Assembly: GCA_964019335.1 (NCBI GenBank)
Contig: OZ025688.1
Coordinates: 310,001-374,000 of the forward strand
Origin: Diplonema japonicum
Lineage: Eukaryota; Protista; Euglenozoa: Diplonemea
Length of the DNA: 64,000 nt
Direction of reading: 5' to 3'
A model generated the notes under the pieces. The model saw only the letters and a list, made by a program, of their open reading frames with translations, did no database searches and was not told where the DNA came from. The position numbers were made by a program, and so were the translations under genes. Numbering within the stretch: position 1 is the first letter of the stretch; the number at the start of each line of letters is the position of its first letter. Of this stretch, positions 58,393 through 64,000 are shown in pieces.

Positions 58393-60144
58393 ATGGAAGC
58401 GAACGACGAAACTTGGCTCGTCCAGGGAGAGTTAACCGAAGAAAGTGACAAGGAAAAAGAGGAAAGATCGAGATCGCCCGAACGGCTTCTGTTCAAGGAC
58501 GACGACAGCGACGGTGAGAAGAAAAAGGTGGTGAACCGAAGCAGAAAAAGCAGCATAATATCTACATCAACAGTAGGGCTCCGAAGGGACTCAACCACCG
58601 CAATGGAATGGGAGAGGCAGAAAGGCCTGCTAGAACGCGATGCCGACGCAGCTCGCTCCGAAAAAGAAATCGCGCTGCGAAAAGAAAAATCGACCAAACA
58701 ATCACTCCACCTCCAACAACGCCTTCGAGAGGAAGACAAGAACGCAATGAGCGACAAAATGAACAGCCTGCAAGCAAAAATCGCATCGCTTAAAAAACAG
58801 CTTCACGACAAAGACCAAACCATCAGCAACTCAAAACTGAAATGGAAAATGACGGAAGAGGAAATGCAACAGCTCCGTTTGGAATACTGGGAATGGAAGG
58901 ACCAGGTGGGCGTCGCTAGAATAACACAAGGAGACGACCTCGAGCTTCTCGCCGAAACCGAACTACAACTCATCAAGAACGGACCGAAAAAATGGCCGAT
59001 CCTCGAAAAGTACATGTTCAACATGCCCACACCAACAACGGAGGAGAAACAAAGAAAACCCGAACAAAATCTAGAAACCTTCGACATCCTTACAGCACAG
59101 ACAACTACAACCACACCTGAAATGCCGGTCAGAAGGATCATAAATGAAGACACGGCAAAGGACAATCAAACCGACATGGTGACACCAGTGTTACCAGAAA
59201 GAGGCACGGAACCTCAAGAAATGAAGAGACAGGACACGGTCCCCATCGAGGAGAGCATAGAAGACGTCCTATCCCCATTATCTCCAGATGAACTGGCTGA
59301 AGAGGAAGAGGATTCTGCCCCCGCTCCAGAGACAAAACCACCAACACCCACAATATCAAATTCATGCTCACCTCCGTATTACAGCCGTGTGCACCTTGTG
59401 CCTAAACGGACGGAGACAAGCCCGATGCCACCGTCTCGACCGTCACCTCCATCTGCTTATTCCGATTCAATGCCGCGTGTGAGCGAGGAGGAAACAGCGC
59501 TTCAACAGCTGGCCTTGCAGCTGGACGACTTTGAGAGGACGCAGCTTCACAATAATAATTCGTCGATTAATATATCCGCGTACGGAAATGCTTCTTTGGA
59601 GATAACTACGGTGAACGAGCAGCCTGCGCTTTGGGTGCCGCCACTGCCCCCGCCGCAGGTTGTGTCAAGTGGGGTTGAGCACGTGTCTCGAAGGGGTAGT
59701 GGGAAACCTGTTGTAAATTATGGTGGTGATGCGTGGCCGAAGCTTATCGGGAAAAAACTTGGTGGGCTGCGGTACCGAACCGTTGCGAACAGGCCGCCGC
59801 CTTCCTTGTCACGGGGAATTTACGTCTCGGCCGCGAGCGGGAGGTTGAACCCTCATGCGCATCCCCGTGATTTCCCGTTGCCCATACCCTCCCCGTCGCC
59901 GCCTTCTCCTTCTGCCGAAACGACCTTTGCATCTGCGTCTGTTTACCATGATAACCATGATAACCATGATAACCATGATAATTCTGCAACGACACCTATG
60001 TTCATGGCGGCTGAACCGCCGTCTTTCGTTGGGACGCCGATGCCCCTGCCGCATGGAAGCGAGGCGGGGCAGTTCACTCCGTTGAAGCAGGACCCTGTTA
60101 GAAAGCACAAAAGACGGCACTCCAACATTGTAAAGACTAGATAA
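58393..60144 (+). CDS. Hypothetical coiled-coil / Pro-Ser-rich protein
   Basis: 583-aa ORF from the ATG after a poly(A) run; coiled coil in the N-terminal third, low complexity after that, (HDN)4 repeat. Confidence 0.7.
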   Translation: MEANDETWLVQGELTEESDKEKEERSRSPERLLFKDDDSDGEKKKVVNRSRKSSIISTSTVGLRRDSTTAMEWERQKGLLERDADAARSEKEIALRKEKSTKQSLHLQQRLREEDKNAMSDKMNSLQAKIASLKKQLHDKDQTISNSKLKWKMTEEEMQQLRLEYWEWKDQVGVARITQGDDLELLAETELQLIKNGPKKWPILEKYMFNMPTPTTEEKQRKPEQNLETFDILTAQTTTTTPEMPVRRIINEDTAKDNQTDMVTPVLPERGTEPQEMKRQDTVPIEESIEDVLSPLSPDELAEEEEDSAPAPETKPPTPTISNSCSPPYYSRVHLVPKRTETSPMPPSRPSPPSAYSDSMPRVSEEETALQQLALQLDDFERTQLHNNNSSINISAYGNASLEITTVNEQPALWVPPLPPPQVVSSGVEHVSRRGSGKPVVNYGGDAWPKLIGKKLGGLRYRTVANRPPPSLSRGIYVSAASGRLNPHAHPRDFPLPIPSPSPPSPSAETTFASASVYHDNHDNHDNHDNSATTPMFMAAEPPSFVGTPMPLPHGSEAGQFTPLKQDPVRKHKRRHSNIVKTR

Positions 60145-60296
60145 AAAAAATAAAGAAATCCACAAGAAAAAAAAAAAAAAGAATTTTTTTTTTAATATAG
60201 TTTTCGTTTCTTTTTTATTATTATTTTGTTATAACAAACAAAAATGGGGAAATAAATGAAGGAGAAAATACTTTTCCTTTAAAAAAAAAAGAAGAA

Positions 60297-60738
60297 ATGT
60301 TGCGTCGCGTGGGGGTGTCAATGGCCAAGAGGGGTTACGCTGTGAGCTTGAAGAAGGAGGTGGCGCACGGAGTGACGATGACAGAGGCGTGCGTGGAGAG
60401 GATTCACAAAATGAACGAGCGGAACTCTCAACAGCCTTACTTGAGGCTAACGATTGGCCCGGGTGGGTGCAAAGGCGCTAAATACGATTTCGACTGGACA
60501 GAGGGGCCTGGTGAAAGCGATCATGTTTTCGAGAAAGGTGGCGCGCGGCTTGTGGTTGACCCCACTTCTTTAGATACGGTGAAGGGTTCTCAGGTTTGTC
60601 GGGATAAAAAAAAAAAAAAAAAAACTGCTCCAGATTGATTTTTTGTACGAAATGAAGGGAAATCAGTTTCAGGTCTTGCGCCCTGGCGACAGCAGTTATT
60701 CGACGTGTTCTTGCGGGGAATCCTTTGAAGTAAGTTAA
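60297..60738 (+). CDS. Mitochondrial A-type Fe-S cluster assembly protein (IscA/Isa, HesB family); intron 60594-60633
   Basis: Presequence MLRRV; LRLTIGPGGCKG..Y.F; after splicing IDF..CSCGESF. Confidence 0.9.
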
Positions 60739-60751
60739 GTTAGTGGGGTTG

Positions 60752-60782
<31 letters not shown>

Positions 60783-61401
60783 CTCGCGTTTTCTTTTATA
60801 GTAACCCCCTTTGTCAAAATACCGTTGTGTTGCTCCTCTCTAGGCTTAGGTTGAGGGGGCTTCGGAGATGTAGGGCGCCAACTTTTTTTCTCTCCCGCCC
60901 TGTTCCTTTTTTTTTCCCCCTCCTAGCTTTTTTTTTCTTTTTTGTTCCCAGATGCAGAGTCAATACTCCCTCTAAAGGGAACAAGCAGGGGGGGGGGGGG
61001 GGGGGGGTGGAACGGGATAATTAGTTGCATTTTTTTATAGTTCTTTTTTCTTTTCTTTTTTCCCATGTGCTGCTGCAAATTTAAAAAAAGAAAGAAAGAA
61101 AAAGGGGGGGGACTTTTTTTAAAGGGGTTTTTTGTTCTCTTTTAAAAAAAAACGTTGAGAAAAGAAAAAAAAAAGAAGGGGAAAAAAAAAGGGGGGGAGG
61201 AATTTAAAAAAAAAAGAAAAAAACCAACCGCTGGGTACTCCACGCCGGTAAAGGGAAAAAAAAAAAAAAAAAAAAAATACCCCCCCCTTTTTTTCCCCCC
61301 CTTCTTTGTTCTTCTCCCCCCCTTTTCACTCTGTTTGACTGTATTTATTTTTTATCATTGACAGTACCAAAAAAAATTTTTTTTTCAGGGGGGGGAAAAA
61401 A

Positions 61402-63174
61402 ATGCCGGTCCCCTACACCGACCACATTGACGAGTACGAGACGGTGCGCAGCGAGGGCAACACGGAAAGCCTCGACGAAAATCTGGAAGAGTGTCAAGAA
61501 GACGAAACCGAAGGACTGGCGAAGATAGTCTTCCCAAACCTCGAGTTCAAAGTAACAAAAAGACATCACCGAAAAAGATGGCTGAAACAAGACAGGCTCC
61601 TAAAACTCACCCAAGAGGGAATAGAAAACATCAACGTCTACACGGGCAAGGTTTCAAAATCCCATTCATACAGCTCAGTAACAGGTGTAAAGCTCGTCAA
61701 CCGACGCTACTTCGTCTTGTCCTTTAAGAATGACCATGACTACCATTACAAAAGCGACAACGGAATCCGAATAACGTGGGAGGTCAACGAACGTTTGAAG
61801 GCGATCGAAAGCCGCAAAAGGTTCAAAAACTTCATCAACCGCAGGATGTCCACCACAAACCCAAAACACAAATTCTCCGAGGTGTTTCGAACAAACAGGG
61901 TCCCCGTTCCCGTGGACCAACAAAAAAACCTCATCGCAAGAAGAATGGAGGGAATCTTACAGCTTCGCCTGACAGACGAGATCATGGATCCAAAAAGCAC
62001 CGTTGGTAAAAAAGCAATCGCATCTCAACTTCACATCGATTCCCTGTTAAAATCGAAAAGCGTATACCCGGGAACATCAATTCTAAACGAAGTCCGGGGT
62101 ATAATCCACGACCTCAAAACAATTCTCTGCACGGAATGCGCTGCACATGACACGGGTTCCTTCGACTCCACTGTCAGCAACCATTCCTTCGGCGGTGAGA
62201 TTACAGCAACAGTACCATTATCACCCCGTTCAAATGCGAGCATAAGAATCAAGGACACCTTGAAAAACAACCGGTCCATGTACGGTTCAGCACCGGTGAA
62301 CAGAACATCATTTGGAAGCAGTGTTCAACAGCAACCTTGGATATCGGGAGGAATGGGGACAGAAGAAGAGGTTTCAAAAACAGCGGAATTATGTGTTCAA
62401 AAACATCTGCTGCATCATGCGAACAATTTCGAGGATTTGTATAAACTCGTCAAGAGCGATCCATCGTTACGGGTTAAAGGTAGCGCCTTACGCGAGAAAA
62501 TCAAAGAAGTCAAATCGAAACCCCCGTCTTTTTTCGGAATCCCGCGAAGCTTTGTAAAATGCATCTGGAGCGATGTCGTCCGCGAAGTGGACTTAATAGC
62601 GGTAAAACATCTCCCAGCGGAAAAGGCAGAATGCTTGCTATCCATGATCCGGCAGATATGCATTGTAACCTCAGTGGACAGTGGTAGCACACCTATAGAC
62701 ATGACGTTGGATGAGATTCTGCCGATCTGTTTGTACTGCATTTCACGGTCTTCTTTAGAGGATCCGTTTGTGGAGGCAGAGTACATGTCGTTGTTGTGCG
62801 ATTCCGCGTCTTCCGATGAGATTATGTATTATTTAACCGTTTTTTTTTCTGCTCTTGAGTTTTTACTCACGATGGAACCGGACAACCCTCTTGAGTCTCC
62901 TCCTGACATCGCATTGGCGATGACAAGGGCGTCCAGTGCGCCGCTGACGCAGATGGATTCCTCGGTGAAACTGTCTGATGAATTTTTTGATGTTTGTACG
63001 CCCGTAGAGTCTGTAGACTCCTTGGAGGAAGCGGAGGGGCCCGAGATTTTCGGCGGGCTTTCTCGTTCTTCATCTTGCAATGCGGAGGCACCCCGGTCGA
63101 AAGAGATCCCGATCCCTGCTAATAAGTTCGATGCAGGTACCAATTGTTTCAGCGATGTTCAATTTGTGTGGTGA
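61402..63174 (+). CDS. VPS9-domain (Rab5 GEF) protein with N-terminal PH-like domain
   Basis: P.EKAECL..TLDEILPICLYCI..EAEYM..EIMYYLTVF matches the VPS9 signature; N-terminal FKVTK..QDRLLKLTQEGIEN beta-rich unit. Confidence 0.8.
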   Translation: MPVPYTDHIDEYETVRSEGNTESLDENLEECQEDETEGLAKIVFPNLEFKVTKRHHRKRWLKQDRLLKLTQEGIENINVYTGKVSKSHSYSSVTGVKLVNRRYFVLSFKNDHDYHYKSDNGIRITWEVNERLKAIESRKRFKNFINRRMSTTNPKHKFSEVFRTNRVPVPVDQQKNLIARRMEGILQLRLTDEIMDPKSTVGKKAIASQLHIDSLLKSKSVYPGTSILNEVRGIIHDLKTILCTECAAHDTGSFDSTVSNHSFGGEITATVPLSPRSNASIRIKDTLKNNRSMYGSAPVNRTSFGSSVQQQPWISGGMGTEEEVSKTAELCVQKHLLHHANNFEDLYKLVKSDPSLRVKGSALREKIKEVKSKPPSFFGIPRSFVKCIWSDVVREVDLIAVKHLPAEKAECLLSMIRQICIVTSVDSGSTPIDMTLDEILPICLYCISRSSLEDPFVEAEYMSLLCDSASSDEIMYYLTVFFSALEFLLTMEPDNPLESPPDIALAMTRASSAPLTQMDSSVKLSDEFFDVCTPVESVDSLEEAEGPEIFGGLSRSSSCNAEAPRSKEIPIPANKFDAGTNCFSDVQFVW

Positions 63175-63549
63175 AAAAAAAAAAAAAAAATGGGGGAAAG
63201 GGGGTGTTTTTTTTCTTCTTTGTTTCCGATAACTTCTTTCTTTTTTTTCTCTCTCTTTTTTTTTTCTTTTTTTTTTTTCTGAAGCTCCTGAAGAACATAG
63301 AAAAATAAAAAAGAAGTGAAAGGAGGTAAGGGGTGGGGTAGGATACATATAGCAACAAACCAAAAAAAAGGGGGAGGGGGGGGGAGAAAGTACCTGGCAA
63401 AAAGAAAGAAATTTTTTTTGACGGCTATAGTTCTCCCCCTCCCCGGTCCCCTGTAGGGGGGATGGAGGAAGGTGATTCCTCATCAAGTGAATGTTATACA
63501 TTTTGGAAAAAAGAAGGCGATTCAGAGAGATCCTGCTGAAGCGCCTTTT

Positions 63550-63592
<43 letters not shown>

Positions 63593-64000
63593 CTTTTCCC
63601 CCCTTCTCTTCTCTCTTCCCCATCCCCCTTTTTTTTTCTTTGCAACAACGAGTCTTTGACTTGACTACGGGCAATAGGAGAGTGTAGGCCGTAGCCACCG
63701 GATCAGGAATCAAAGGCTCTAAGGGGTATCCCTAGTCAATCTTCTTCCATGCTCCCCGGCATTTTTTTGTCGTTGTCAAAGAGGAGGGGGGGGGGAATGA
63801 AAATAATTTTGTTCTGTTTTTTTTTTGTGGTGGGTTAACACAGAAATATAGAAAATATAAAGAAGTACGTCATGATGTGTTGTTCGCTGTTGACCTCCTT
63901 CGTCGGTCATCACCGGTAGCGCCCGAGTGGAAGAACGTAACATAGCACTTCTCCCCATCATGCTAAAAGAAACCCCCCCCCCCCCTTTAAAGTGATGCTG

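Noticed and set aside
1-64000. Spliced-leader RNA, rRNA or snRNA genes
   Set aside because: No segment that I can recognise as SL exon, rRNA or U snRNA beyond short coincidental matches.

Overview
Eukaryotic nuclear DNA from a flagellated protist. About 24 host genes all lie on the + strand. That layout, GTAT splice donors and a tandem snoRNA-like array suggest a euglenozoan, possibly a diplonemid; this taxon call is inference only. Genes in order: 3' end of a dynein heavy chain, PPR-like protein, Zn-finger/TRAF/SPRY protein, DMT-type transporter, acid ceramidase/NAAA, giant HUWE1/Tom1-type HECT E3 ligase, FkbM-like methyltransferase, PAN+mucin+multi-TM receptor-like protein, a shuffled tandem array of three small Cys-rich GPI-anchored surface protein types, COG7, S10 serine carboxypeptidase, EF-hand Kv channel, AAAP amino-acid transporter, IscA-type protein and a VPS9 protein. 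The most striking feature is 20 manually reconstructed GT-AG introns. Eighteen are 34-79 nt, most carry poly(A) instead of a polypyrimidine tract, they cluster at gene ends, and six are in frame without a stop, so retention would insert Lys-rich tracts. The other two are inflated by pogo-type DNA transposons, one nested in a foldback-like element. Also present: a five-copy box C/D RNA array, several dispersed conserved intergenic motifs and hairpins, MITE-like elements, a tRNA-Asp-like pseudogene and a chimeric pseudogene. All calls were made by eye without searches, and homopolymer lengths may carry sequencing error.
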